NCBI GenBank assembly: GCA_965215565.1
Contig: CBDCDZ010000004.1
Span: forward strand, 1,536,001 to 1,600,000
Source: Trueperaceae bacterium
GTDB taxonomy: Bacteria; Deinococcota; Deinococci; Deinococcales; Trueperaceae
DNA length: 64,000 bases
Reading direction: 5' to 3'
How positions within the stretch are numbered: position 1 is the stretch's first letter; every line of letters begins with the position of its first letter. The translations under genes were made by a program, and so were the position numbers. The notes beneath the pieces were generated by a model. It was not told the DNA's origin, did no database searches, and was given only the letters and a program-made list of their open reading frames with translations. Positions 11,686-21,163 of this stretch are shown here, piece by piece.

Positions 11686-12366
11686 ATGAAACTTAACTAC
11701 AGCGTCGTCTACTCTGACCGCCGGAAGACGGTGGGCATCACCGTCGAGCGTGACCGTTCAGTCGTGGTGCGAGCCCCCCGCCGCGCCACGGCGGACCAGA
11801 TCGAGCGCGTGGTGCAGCAGAAGAAGCTGTGGATTTATGAAAAGCTACGCCATCCGCAGAAGTATAACCTCGCCGAAGCGAAGCCTAAAGAGTTCGTTTC
11901 TGGCGAGTCTATCCTCTACTTGGGGCGCAACTACCGCCTGGAGATCGTCGATGACGACTTTGCAGGCGTGCGCTTCGAGAACGGCTTTTGCCTATCGCGA
12001 CAGTCTCAGCCGGACGCGCAAGTGTTCTTGGAGGCGTGGTTCAAGGAGCGGGCGGCGGAGAAGATCACGCCTCTAGTGCGAGAGGTCGCAGAGAATTTAG
12101 GGGTAGCCTATAACCGCATCATGATCTCTGACTTGCAGTACCGCTGGGGCTCGTGTACGCCTAATGACAACCTCAACTTCAACTGGCGGCTGATCCGAGC
12201 CCCGATGTTTGTTATTAGGTACGTCGTCGCGCACGAGCTGACGCATCTTTTAGAGCCAAACCACACACCTCGGTTCTGGAACATCGTTCATGTACAGGTG
12301 CCGCGCTACGCTAGGGCTAAAGCGTGGCTGAAAGCGCATGGACTGACATTATACAAAGGGGTCTAG
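11686..12366 (+). CDS. YgjP/M48-like metallopeptidase (DUF45), typical hsdR neighbour
   Basis: RWGSC...LNFNW...YVVAHELTHL..NH motif. Confidence 0.88.
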   Translation: MKLNYSVVYSDRRKTVGITVERDRSVVVRAPRRATADQIERVVQQKKLWIYEKLRHPQKYNLAEAKPKEFVSGESILYLGRNYRLEIVDDDFAGVRFENGFCLSRQSQPDAQVFLEAWFKERAAEKITPLVREVAENLGVAYNRIMISDLQYRWGSCTPNDNLNFNWRLIRAPMFVIRYVVAHELTHLLEPNHTPRFWNIVHVQVPRYARAKAWLKAHGLTLYKGV

Positions 12367-12420
12367 CATGTGCTCCTTCACCGCAAGGATGCTTGGATCG
12401 TCCTGATGGTTTAACTCAGC

Positions 12421-12762
12421 TCATAGCGGTCTAACAACATCATTCTCTTTCATTGTGACTATATGGTCGATGTTTTTGAAGTTTTGGGCGTTCGAAAAAT
12501 CTGCTGTGGGGTCTCGTTTTGCGAGCCGATATAGCATCAGTCTGAGAAAAAGAGCTCGCCAGTCTTTATTCTGCTGCTTGCCTATTTTCTTAGTCTTGGC
12601 AACCGATTGAGGAAACGCTCGCCAGAGTACGCCCCAGGTAAATTCGCAATCAAAGTAGGCTTTTCTGTAACGATAGTGAGTTGTTCGGCTAACTTTCCAA
12701 CGGCTACACACCCTGTCAATAGAGCGAGAATTGTAGTGCTGATCAAACAGAATCAAGGCCAT
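12421..12762 (-). CDS. Putative HTH DNA-binding protein divergent from tnsA (start uncertain)
   Basis: SIDRVCSRWKVSRTTHYRYRK HTH-like segment. Confidence 0.5.
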   Translation of the reverse strand: MALILFDQHYNSRSIDRVCSRWKVSRTTHYRYRKAYFDCEFTWGVLWRAFPQSVAKTKKIGKQQNKDWRALFLRLMLYRLAKRDPTADFSNAQNFKNIDHIVTMKENDVVRPL

Positions 12763-12885
12763 AAGCGGCTTATTGAGCTTGAGAGGACGACCTCGCCCGT
12801 CGAGTTCAAAGATTTTAGATATAGTGCTTGGATTCCCTCGTTTGTAGTTAGTTGACTGATTTTTTGACGCAAGGCTGCCACAGGG

Positions 12886-13575
12886 GTGATGGCATTGGCG
12901 GAGCCAGTTCGGAAAATTGATTCTAGTTGGGTGACGACCACCGCGCTGATACGCTGTTGCGGCAGATCGGTGTGGACGGAAGGTCCTACAGCCATGAGGT
13001 TTGTGGAAACTCTCCGTATGCACTCTTATGTTCGGAATGTTGTTGAGGAACCTTGTCAGATAACGTACAAAGATGGCGCTGGAAAGACTCGCCGTTACAC
13101 TCCCGATTTCCTCGTCGTATACGAATTGCCGGAGGAATATAGCTACTCCTCCACTGTCCTCTATGAGATTAAGTGGTCTGGCGACTTACGTGAGAACTAC
13201 GAAAAATACGAGGAACGCTTTGCGGCGGCATATAAGTATGCCGCTGAGCGTGGCTGGCGCTTTCGTGTAATTACCGAGAAGCGCATAGACCGTTATCATC
13301 GCTCCGCCACGCTTTTACATCGCTTCCTGCGCCGCAAACTCGAATACGAACACGTGAGATACGTTCTCGATACTGTCACGTTAGAGCCGGGCATCACAGC
13401 TCACGATTTTCTAGATGCGGAGTTGAGCCCCGTCGATCCCTTTAACTTGCTTACGACTATCTGGACGTTACTCGCGCGTGAGCAGATCAGCGCGGAGTTA
13501 GAGGGCGGCATAACAAATCGGACACCCTTATTCCCGGCTCGCGCCGGAAATCCTTGGGCTAGACCTGTCCTATGA
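12886..13575 (+). CDS. tnsA: TnsA endonuclease
   Basis: PVRKI N-terminus, EEP..I.Y...RRYTPDFLV, YEIK, A...GWRFRVITE. Confidence 0.9.
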   Translation: MMALAEPVRKIDSSWVTTTALIRCCGRSVWTEGPTAMRFVETLRMHSYVRNVVEEPCQITYKDGAGKTRRYTPDFLVVYELPEEYSYSSTVLYEIKWSGDLRENYEKYEERFAAAYKYAAERGWRFRVITEKRIDRYHRSATLLHRFLRRKLEYEHVRYVLDTVTLEPGITAHDFLDAELSPVDPFNLLTTIWTLLAREQISAELEGGITNRTPLFPARAGNPWARPVL

Positions 13576-14437
13576 GCCGTTTAAGACTGTTGGCGCGCAC
13601 CAAAGTGTCTTACGCAGGCTATGACTGGGAGATCGTAACAGTAGATAACAGACAGAAGCTTACATCTCTAAAGCGCGAAAATGGAATCACTTGCCTCGCG
13701 CCGACTTCGGAACTCGGTTCACCTGGTCGACATAAAATACCTGTTCCAAGCGAATACGAAGCGCTGCCTGAAAACATAAAGAATCTTTACGGTGATCTAG
13801 TAGCCTTAGACCGAACCGCAAAGGACAAGGAGCGCTTAGCCAAAAAAAACAGCTGTAGTAGGTCCACCGTCTACCGCCAACTCGAGAAGGCAAGAAGAGG
13901 TCCTGAAGAACTCAAGCGGAAACGGCGTGCGGACTTCGGAAACTCCAGCTTCGAGACGAGAGTCAAAGATATTATTGAGGCCGAAGTCAAAAGGGCACCT
14001 GCGTTTAGGAGCAACAGGGAAATCGCCAAACGTGCATTGAACGAGATGCACAAGCCGGACAAGGACGACAAGTACATAGAGAAAATTCCGAGCAAGTCGA
14101 CAGTACTTCGGTATGTGAGTCGGGAGCGCGGCAAGGTGCCTTACGATCCTTCCAAAGACGCACCCCATGTCAAACCGATACACCCCTTTGATGAACTCGA
14201 GATGGATTCGACTCAGGCAGATACCTATGTCGTATATGACGACTATAAGGAGGGTCGCCCCTGGCTTACATCAGTCGTTGAGGTTCTAACCGGTCTGCGG
14301 TGGATACTTGTCACGCGCGAAGAACCTAGCTCGCGTATAACAGGGTTGCTTATCATCATGGTCGTATTCGGTTTGGACCTCCCGCACGTTAAAAACAAAC
14401 CTCCGAACGGTTTATTTGAAAAGCTGTTGGTAGTGGC

Positions 14438-14933
14438 TCACCTCAGACTGCCAACCTTAACCTCCAGGTTGTAGCTAACGAGGAACATATGCAGGCAGAT
14501 CAGGCAGATAAGGTGCATGTGCTGGGCTTTAGAGAAGGACAAGGTCTTTCTGACAAAGCGGGCGAGGCGCTGACGAATTGTGTTGTTGAAACGTTCAACG
14601 TGAGCCGTAAGTCCAGTTTCTTTGCCGACAGCCTGATGTTGCTCGTCGGGGATAACAGCTTGATAAGCTTCCCAAAAGTCACTGAAGACGAGACCTTTTT
14701 TGTAGGCGTTAGGTACGTTGCCCCAAAGCTTCTTGCACGTAGCGCTACCGCGTCCTCCTATGACGCAAGCAACGACTTGCCTGGTCTGTTTGCAAAGAGC
14801 CAGCCATATCCAGAGCTTTTTAGCTTTGCAGCTTACAAACGACCACATTTCGTCGAGTTCAAGCTCTACAGCTCCAGGTACTTTAGGAGCTATGAGTGTA
14901 TCGCTAAGGGGAGGCGTTATCTTGGCTTTTTTT
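14438..14933 (-). CDS. insB: IS1 InsB catalytic part, expressed via -1 frameshift
   Basis: ELDEMWSFV, SDFWEAY, HVERFNNTIRQRL..F.RKTLSFSK. Confidence 0.88.
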
Positions 14934-15179
14934 GAGCCAGGCGTCCAGTGTGTTACGTGATATCCCAAACGTTCTAGCGACACCGCGCATACTAGAGCGC
15001 TCTTGATAAGCTTTAAGAATCTCTTCCTTTCTCTCTTTACTGTAGCCGTAATTTGGGTTCTCTAAACTCGCTCGGTTGCATTCCTTACAGTGGTAGCGCT
15101 GTTTGCCATTAGGGGCTTTGCCGTTCTTCTTTACGTTCTCGCTGCCGCAGTGATAACACTGTACTGTCTGAGTAACCAT
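14904..15179 (-). CDS. insA: IS1 InsA (zinc ribbon plus HTH)
   Basis: CYHCGS...KNGK...GKQRYHCKEC; ends at an A7 slippery run (14927-14933). Confidence 0.9.
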   Translation of the reverse strand: MVTQTVQCYHCGSENVKKNGKAPNGKQRYHCKECNRASLENPNYGYSKERKEEILKAYQERSSMRGVARTFGISRNTLDAWLKKSQDNASP

Positions 15180-16084
15180 CCCTTAGCTTAGCAGTTCGTG
15201 TTGAGCCACTACCAAGCTGTTCACAGATAGCGGCAAAGCGCTGAAAAACCTGAGTACAGAATCGCTGAATGAGAAGCATGATCTAACACTAAAATACCGT
15301 CCAAAGGGAAAATCCTGGTATGGCGGCACGGTAGAGACACTGTTCAATAACGACAGCGAATTCGTGAAAGAGTTTATGGGAGCTGTGGTCGATAGCGACG
15401 GCAGCGGTCGCAAGCGGAAATCAGGCAAAGCTGAGTACACCTTTGAGGAGTATAAGCGCTTGGTAGAGGGATACACTTACGATCATCTCAATATGACTCC
15501 TCGGACCGGCGAGGAGTTGTCTCCACTCGACAAGTTTTATGTGCTCCTTGTAGACCCTCCCGGCGGGGCAGGCTTAGGTAGCCTCGACCAGGTTCCGAAA
15601 GAGGAACACCAGCAGTTCAAACTCGACTGTATGCCGTTCATCACGAGAACAGTATCAAAGGATGGCGTTCGAGATGATTACACTATCTATAAGAGCGGTG
15701 CGCAAAGACGACTTATCGGCAAAAAGGTGGTTGCACGCTATGACCCGTCGGGCTATACCGATGTTATGCATGTCTGGGACGAGGAGAGCGCAGCCTATAT
15801 CGAATTTAGACCGAACTACGAAAGTCTTCCCAAGATGACACGGAAGGATCGCAAACGGGTTGTCAAAACTTTGAATAAGCTAGGTGTTGAACCTAGCATG
15901 GAAAGCATTGCTGAGAAGTATCGTGAGCTTGTAGAACAGGAGGCAGTCGAAGCCACGCAGCGAGCACCCGCCGAACTCACTTCTACTGAGGACGACACTC
16001 CCCACCCCCGCCATATTCGGGCATACGAGCTAGAAGACGACCTCGGCGACGAGATGCCCTACATTAGCCACAGGGACGGCTGAG

Positions 16085-17053
16085 ATGCGTAGGTCTGCTC
16101 TCGCAACTCACTACCTGGATGCACCTCTCGAGAAACGTATCGAACTTGTGGAGAACCATCCCTTCGTCGGCTGGCCTGCTGCTCACGACTTCTTTAAGCG
16201 AATAGATAGGATGCTTCTTGCTCGCCGGAAACGGTACCAAAAGCACCCAAATATGCACCTATACGGAAGAGCACACCACGGTAAAACAGAATGCTTGCGT
16301 GAGCTCCAGAAGCGTTATCCAAGAGGCGAGTTTAAGGGCGGATACGAACAGAGACCCGTCGTGTACCTACAGGCGGAGAGTGGAGACCGACCCGAAGACC
16401 TGTACAAGCGTTTGCTGGAGGAACTGAACCTGATGCTAGCCGCAACGACCAAAGATGAGGTTAGGAAACAGCTTATGGTACTCGTTCCCGCAATGGGCGT
16501 GAGGGTGCTGGCGGTCGATGAAATGCAAGATTTGGATGCAGGCGAAGGAAGCCGGTTCAAGCCAGTGATCAATCACCTCAAGGCGAGGAGCAACGACCTC
16601 GGGTTAGTTGTTGTTACAGCAGGGGTCGAGGGCTCGAGCGACGTCGTGCGGAATTCGGATCAACTGAAGAGTAGGTTCAAAGAGTTTAAACTACCTACCT
16701 GGCAGGTAAGAAAATTGTCGGACGAGACCAAGAAAAAGATGCCCGAAAAAGAGCTAGAGGAGATCAAAGGAGAGATTAGGGGGTATAGGCTATGGCTTAG
16801 AGGTATGGAATCGCATATGCCCTTGCCAGAGGCATCGAAGCTCGAAGATTTGTGGGAAAGCATTATCTTCCTAGCCGAATTCATGAGTCAGAACAGTAGT
16901 AAGACCCCTAAAGAATTTAAAGAGAAGCCGAAGCGCGGAGCACCGATAGGCTACGTCCGCGACCTCATTGTGGGTGCGTGTGTTCTGGCAATGGAGCAGG
17001 ACTGCTCAAAAATCATTCCAGATCACCTAGAAACCGTGGCGAGCAAATGGTAA
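16085..17053 (+). CDS. tnsC: TnsC/TniB AAA+ ATPase
   Basis: Walker A GRAHHGKT, Walker B LAVDEMQ, QLKSRF arginine finger; directly follows tnsB. Confidence 0.92.
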   Translation: MRRSALATHYLDAPLEKRIELVENHPFVGWPAAHDFFKRIDRMLLARRKRYQKHPNMHLYGRAHHGKTECLRELQKRYPRGEFKGGYEQRPVVYLQAESGDRPEDLYKRLLEELNLMLAATTKDEVRKQLMVLVPAMGVRVLAVDEMQDLDAGEGSRFKPVINHLKARSNDLGLVVVTAGVEGSSDVVRNSDQLKSRFKEFKLPTWQVRKLSDETKKKMPEKELEEIKGEIRGYRLWLRGMESHMPLPEASKLEDLWESIIFLAEFMSQNSSKTPKEFKEKPKRGAPIGYVRDLIVGACVLAMEQDCSKIIPDHLETVASKW

Positions 17054-18744
17054 CTTTCGATCTCCGTAAGGATGGCTGGATACCTGTGCTAGACGGCGAC
17101 ACTTGGCGGCTCGTCGGTATACGCGAAGCTTTCGCAAAAGGCGACGAACTACAGCTTGCCTGTGCAGACCCATTGGAAGAGGTCGTTATCGTCAGGCTGC
17201 TCGGGGAAGTCGTGAGAGGAGCCGCTGGGGGATGCGTAACCGAAGCCTCGCCCAGCTACGAAAGGATAAGCCGCTACCTCACACGCTATCCGCTCTACTT
17301 CATTCACCCTACGCATCCCTTCTACCAGATATGGGACCTTACGTGCAATACAAGCTGGATAACGCTCCATCCTTCCAAGAACAGTATGGACACGCGGGTC
17401 GTCCACGACCATAGTCGCGTCGACAGGCCCCCTCCCCTCACGGAAGACGAGGCGGTGAGACTCCACCTGCAGGCTCAATCGTTCGCGCCGACCGCCTTAC
17501 GCAGGGGAGGCTATGGCTACACAGTCAATGGGCCGCTCCTTAATCTCGTTGTGACACACGTTCTAGGTCCTAACCTTACAAGCACGATATTTGCAAATTC
17601 ACCGCGGTGAGAACGCGAGGTTAAACCCATATGGCGAACGAAGATAAACACGATTGCGTCTGTTCTCGCCGCCCGCGACAACAAAGTTGTGTTGAGCCCA
17701 TACACGCCTCTCACACGGATGCTTCGTTTCGAGCAAGATGGCTACACGTTCAAAATCGGGCACGCGCACGGGCTTCGCCCTAACCGCTTAAATGACCCGA
17801 TGCTCTCATTCACTGAGCGGGGCAAACCTCTACCTTGGAAGGCGTGCCACGATAGCCTCGCTTACCTGCAAAGAGTCCACCGCATTGGTGGCGTAACTCC
17901 ACTCGTAACATCGCGGGCGAGGCAAGCCGTTGAGAACCCCAACGACTATCGTGTTGCCGTCACCTACATGGTCGCCGATAAAGCTAAGCCTGTGACAGTG
18001 AAGAGGTTTACCCTTCCTCTGGTAGTCCCAACAGGCGAGTTCGCGAACAGAGTTTGTGATTCTTTAGAGGTAGCGCTCAAGGATTTGAAGAGGCGTTTGC
18101 GGTACTTAGGTATACGTGAAGAACAAATCGAAGACGCAAGCCGGACTCTAAGGACGCGCCTAGCCGACACATTACCCCAGCATTTAAGATCAGGAAGCGA
18201 GGCGTTGTGGAAGGAGGAAGTGAGGACAACTATGACCGAGGTTGAGCAGCATATCAATGTTCTAGCATGGCCCAAACCTCAACCAGCAAAGCGACGAGAG
18301 CCAAGTTCACGCGATGAAAGCTTCATTCGATGGTTGACTGTATTGTCCCAACCCGAACGCAGGGCGTTTAAGACTTTACCCGAGTCGCCGCGCTACCCGA
18401 CTTACCGATTTAGGCGTTTTCTGTACGAGAGAGATGGCCCTGAAGTCTTGCGCGCCTTTTCACTCGTCGCGCACTTGTACGCGAACAATGGCGGCTCCGG
18501 CGACATGCCACTCGCCGAGCGACTCGCGACGGACGCCTTAGATATTCCGCTCGCGCATCTCTCAGCAGCCGACACCTGGGAGGTTCTCTCCAGCATCTTA
18601 CGTAGCACTATAGGCGACCTCAAAGAACCGCCCGACTGGGTATATCTCCTCTACGACCTGAGGCGCTGGAATGGCCCAACAGGTCAAGTCGTAAAAGCAT
18701 GGAAATCAGATTATAAGCGTACGTTTCAGAGGAGGCACGCATGA
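17047..18744 (+). pseudogene. cas8e: Cas8e (Cse1/CasA) fused to Cas11 (Cse2/CasB), with in-frame TGA at 17608-17610
   Basis: MVTFDLRKDGWIPV start, HPFYQ, GPNL..TI.AN. The two track ORFs share one frame. The C-terminus has a Cse2-like PDW..LLYDLRRW...VVKAWKSDY. Confidence 0.82.
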
Positions 18745-19850
18745 GAGTCGAGATTCATACTCTGAGGATGTTGGGGCCAAGCTCTGTCAATAATGGGAAA
18801 GACAGACTGCCCAAACACTGCACCTACGGTGGGGTTCGGCGCACTCGCGTAAGTGCGGAGGCGCAGAGGCACGTGATCAGACAAGCGTTCAGAAAGTCGC
18901 TGGAGAGTTCCGCACCGTCCACGCGGATGCTTCTCGGCGAGCTTAGAGGCGCGCTTAAAGCTCGCAAGGAGTTACAACCGCCTAACGGGGTGCGGATCGA
19001 CCTTCTGGCCAGGAAGACGCTCGCGTTTCTCAAGCTAGAGGCCGACGAACACGGAGTGAGCAGGGTCCAGGTGAGATATGCTGAGGGAGCGTTCGCCCGG
19101 CTCGCCGAGGTCGTAGCGACCCACCGAGAGACCATCTTAACCAAGGAGAAAGTCACAAAGAGGCTGGAATGGGAGCTAGCAAACGCCCTTTTCGGTCCGA
19201 CGAATACCGAACTTCACGTGTTTGGCCGTTACCTCGCCGCCTTCCCGGATGTCGAAATCTTCTTATGTCTCGATGTCGCTAGCGCAGTATGCGTCAGCGC
19301 TTCGCCTCTGGAGGAAAACTTCTTCTCCTCAATCGATGACATTGCGAGTAAAGACCCTAACTCGCCCTACGGCATTGCTCACACCAACACCAACTACTTC
19401 AGCTCGCCAAATTTCTACGGATTCACTTCTATCGACTTGGCGCAACTCTGCGCGAACCACGGCAAGGAGGGTGTCGAACAGATCGTTAAGACACTCATCG
19501 ACCTTGTCGTCTATCAGTTTCCCAAAGCTAAGCATACGTCGTCAGCACCGTACGCGGTTCCTTACCTCGTGACGCTTGCAGCGGGTGAGGGGGCATGTTC
19601 GCATTCGGCATTGCAGGCGTTCGACGAGCCAGTAAGGTCCAGTGGGGGTATTAGAAAGCGGGCAGTGAAACGCTTCCATGAGCACTGGGAACGAAGCCAC
19701 AGCACATTCGCGCCCGCTCGCTATGCGACGCTCGCCACTGCGAGCTTAATCGACATACCCGAAAACAGTGTTCTTAACCCAATGTCTTATAACAACGCGA
19801 AAGAGGAGGTGATGGCGTGGACAACCCAATCGCTTACACGCTGCTCCTAG
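18741..19850 (+). CDS. cas7e: Type I-E Cas7 (Cse4/CasC), divergent
   Basis: VEIH.L...PSSVN...PK...YGGVRRTRVS, FGR.LA, FFSSIDD, F.S..FY.F..IDL.QL. Confidence 0.9.
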   Translation: MRVEIHTLRMLGPSSVNNGKDRLPKHCTYGGVRRTRVSAEAQRHVIRQAFRKSLESSAPSTRMLLGELRGALKARKELQPPNGVRIDLLARKTLAFLKLEADEHGVSRVQVRYAEGAFARLAEVVATHRETILTKEKVTKRLEWELANALFGPTNTELHVFGRYLAAFPDVEIFLCLDVASAVCVSASPLEENFFSSIDDIASKDPNSPYGIAHTNTNYFSSPNFYGFTSIDLAQLCANHGKEGVEQIVKTLIDLVVYQFPKAKHTSSAPYAVPYLVTLAAGEGACSHSALQAFDEPVRSSGGIRKRAVKRFHEHWERSHSTFAPARYATLATASLIDIPENSVLNPMSYNNAKEEVMAWTTQSLTRCS

Positions 19851-20449
19851 TCCTATCTGGCCCAATGCAGTCGTGGGGCGGGCGCACCTACACCGAGCGG
19901 ACAACCAACCTCACTCCAACTAAAAGCGGTGTCGTCGGGCTCATAGCCGCAGTACTAGGACGACGTCGAGATGAGGATATAAGTGACCTCGCCACTTTAA
20001 GAATGGGCGTACGCGTGGACCGGGCAGGGCTCCTCGAGACGGAATTCATCACCGGCCAAAATATCATCTCGGCGGACGGCACGAAGGTCCATGCCAGCTC
20101 GTCAACCGTAAAGCACTACCTAGCGGATGCTGTTTTTCTGGTCGGACTTGAGGGTGCACGGTGGACGCTCGAGTCTATTCGCGAGACGGTTGAGATGCCA
20201 CGCTTCCCTCTTTACCTCGGGCGACGTGGGTACGTTGCAGACAGACCTATTTATCTCAGCGACGGATTTCAACAAACGAACCTCGAGAGTTCGCTTAGAG
20301 AGTACGAACTCGTTGGACCTCGACGAACGGACGCATTTGAGGTCGAAGTTGAGGTAACTTCGGGCGGTGATTTGGTCTTCGACCAACCTATAGGACCTCG
20401 GCGCTTCGGTCCGCGGCGCGTAAAACGGTACAGGCTATGGCGGTTGTGA
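19817..20449 (+). CDS. cas5e: Type I-E Cas5 (CasD)
   Basis: LSGPMQSWG...PTKSGVVGLIAAVLGRRR...HYLADAVF...PLYLGRR. Confidence 0.95.
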   Translation: MDNPIAYTLLLVLSGPMQSWGGRTYTERTTNLTPTKSGVVGLIAAVLGRRRDEDISDLATLRMGVRVDRAGLLETEFITGQNIISADGTKVHASSSTVKHYLADAVFLVGLEGARWTLESIRETVEMPRFPLYLGRRGYVADRPIYLSDGFQQTNLESSLREYELVGPRRTDAFEVEVEVTSGGDLVFDQPIGPRRFGPRRVKRYRLWRL

Positions 20450-21039
20450 TACTGACAGAATTCGATCTCAATCTATCCAATCCCAACGTGAGCCGTGACG
20501 TTTTCGACAGATACAGTGCACATCAAACGATGAAGCGGCTGACGGAAAGTTCTATTGGACGTGCGCTCTGGCTCCTGCGCGCGAGAGAGAGTTCGGCGCG
20601 GCTCGTGGTACAGACCGAAACGCCCATCTCTGAGGAAACTGTCAACGCTCTTATCAAGTCAGGTTACGCTTTGCGGGTACGTCAGCAGGCGCTGATTCTT
20701 GAGTACCCGCGCGATGCTGTGCTTTACTTCTATCTCGAGGCGAACGCGGTGCGCCGTGGAAAGATCGTCCGGCCTGCTATTGAGCGAGAAGAGAGGTTGA
20801 GTTGGCTAGAAGAGAGGCTAAAAGGCGCCGGAACCAAACTCATCGATGTTGAGGTGTTAAGAAGTCACACATGTGACGTTGTTCCAAAGGACTACAAGCT
20901 CTATACGGTAACCTATCACGGTTTGATATGCGTCAAGAACCCAAAGGAGGCTTCAAGGTCGTTGCGCAAAGGCATAGGACGCTCTAAGCACCTCGGATGC
21001 GGTCTGCTTCTTACGAAGGCAGTAGACTTAGGGGTATAA
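20437..21039 (+). CDS. cas6e: Type I-E Cas6 (Cse3/CasE)
   Basis: D.Y..HQ histidine motif and C-terminal GIGRSKHLGCGLL glycine loop. Confidence 0.92.
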   Translation: MAVVILTEFDLNLSNPNVSRDVFDRYSAHQTMKRLTESSIGRALWLLRARESSARLVVQTETPISEETVNALIKSGYALRVRQQALILEYPRDAVLYFYLEANAVRRGKIVRPAIEREERLSWLEERLKGAGTKLIDVEVLRSHTCDVVPKDYKLYTVTYHGLICVKNPKEASRSLRKGIGRSKHLGCGLLLTKAVDLGV

Positions 21040-21066
21040 AATTTTCGCGAATTCCATCATAATAGA

Positions 21067-21157
21067 GTTGTTTCCGCACGCGCGGGGGTGAACGGCCCAG
21101 GTTGGCCAGACCGGGATCCAGTCCCAATATATTCCCCGTGCGAGTGGAGACGGAACA
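21067..21157 (+). CRISPR. Type I-E mini-array: repeat 21067-21095, 33-nt spacer 21096-21128, degenerate repeat 21129-21157
   Basis: GTTGTTTCCGCACGCGCGGGGGTGAACGG has the 29-nt I-E layout (5 nt, 6-bp stem, 4-nt loop, 8-nt handle). Second copy is ATATTCCCCGTGCGAGTGGAGACGGAACA. Starts 27 nt after the cas6 stop. Confidence 0.88.
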
Positions 21158-21163
21158 AAAATA

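Larger units (their letters stand above)
14429..15213 (-). mobile_element. IS1-family insertion sequence, 785 bp
   Basis: Terminal IRs GGTAGTGGCTCA / TGAGCCACTACC; 8-bp TSD AAGCTGTT at 14421-14428 and 15214-15221. Confidence 0.95.
13572..16083 (+). pseudogene. tnsB: TnsB DDE transposase interrupted by IS1
   Basis: N-terminal HTHs. Removing the IS and one TSD copy restores a 572-aa frame with the EMDST / FTDSG / GTVETLF DDE triad and a Mu-C-like RTV...GVR...RYDP segment. Confidence 0.9.

Noticed and set aside
12709..12740. TGTCAA at 12714, upstream of tnsA, as the distal end
   Set aside because: No matching TSD or TnsB-site repeats, and it lies inside the HTH-like ORF.
14492..14509. 9-bp tandem duplication (ICLICL) in insB
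   Set aside because: In-frame micro-duplication with no evident significance.
16978..17046. Track start of the cas8e ORF at 16978
   Set aside because: Overlaps tnsC by 76 nt; the ATG at 17047 gives the typical F.L....WIPV N-terminus.
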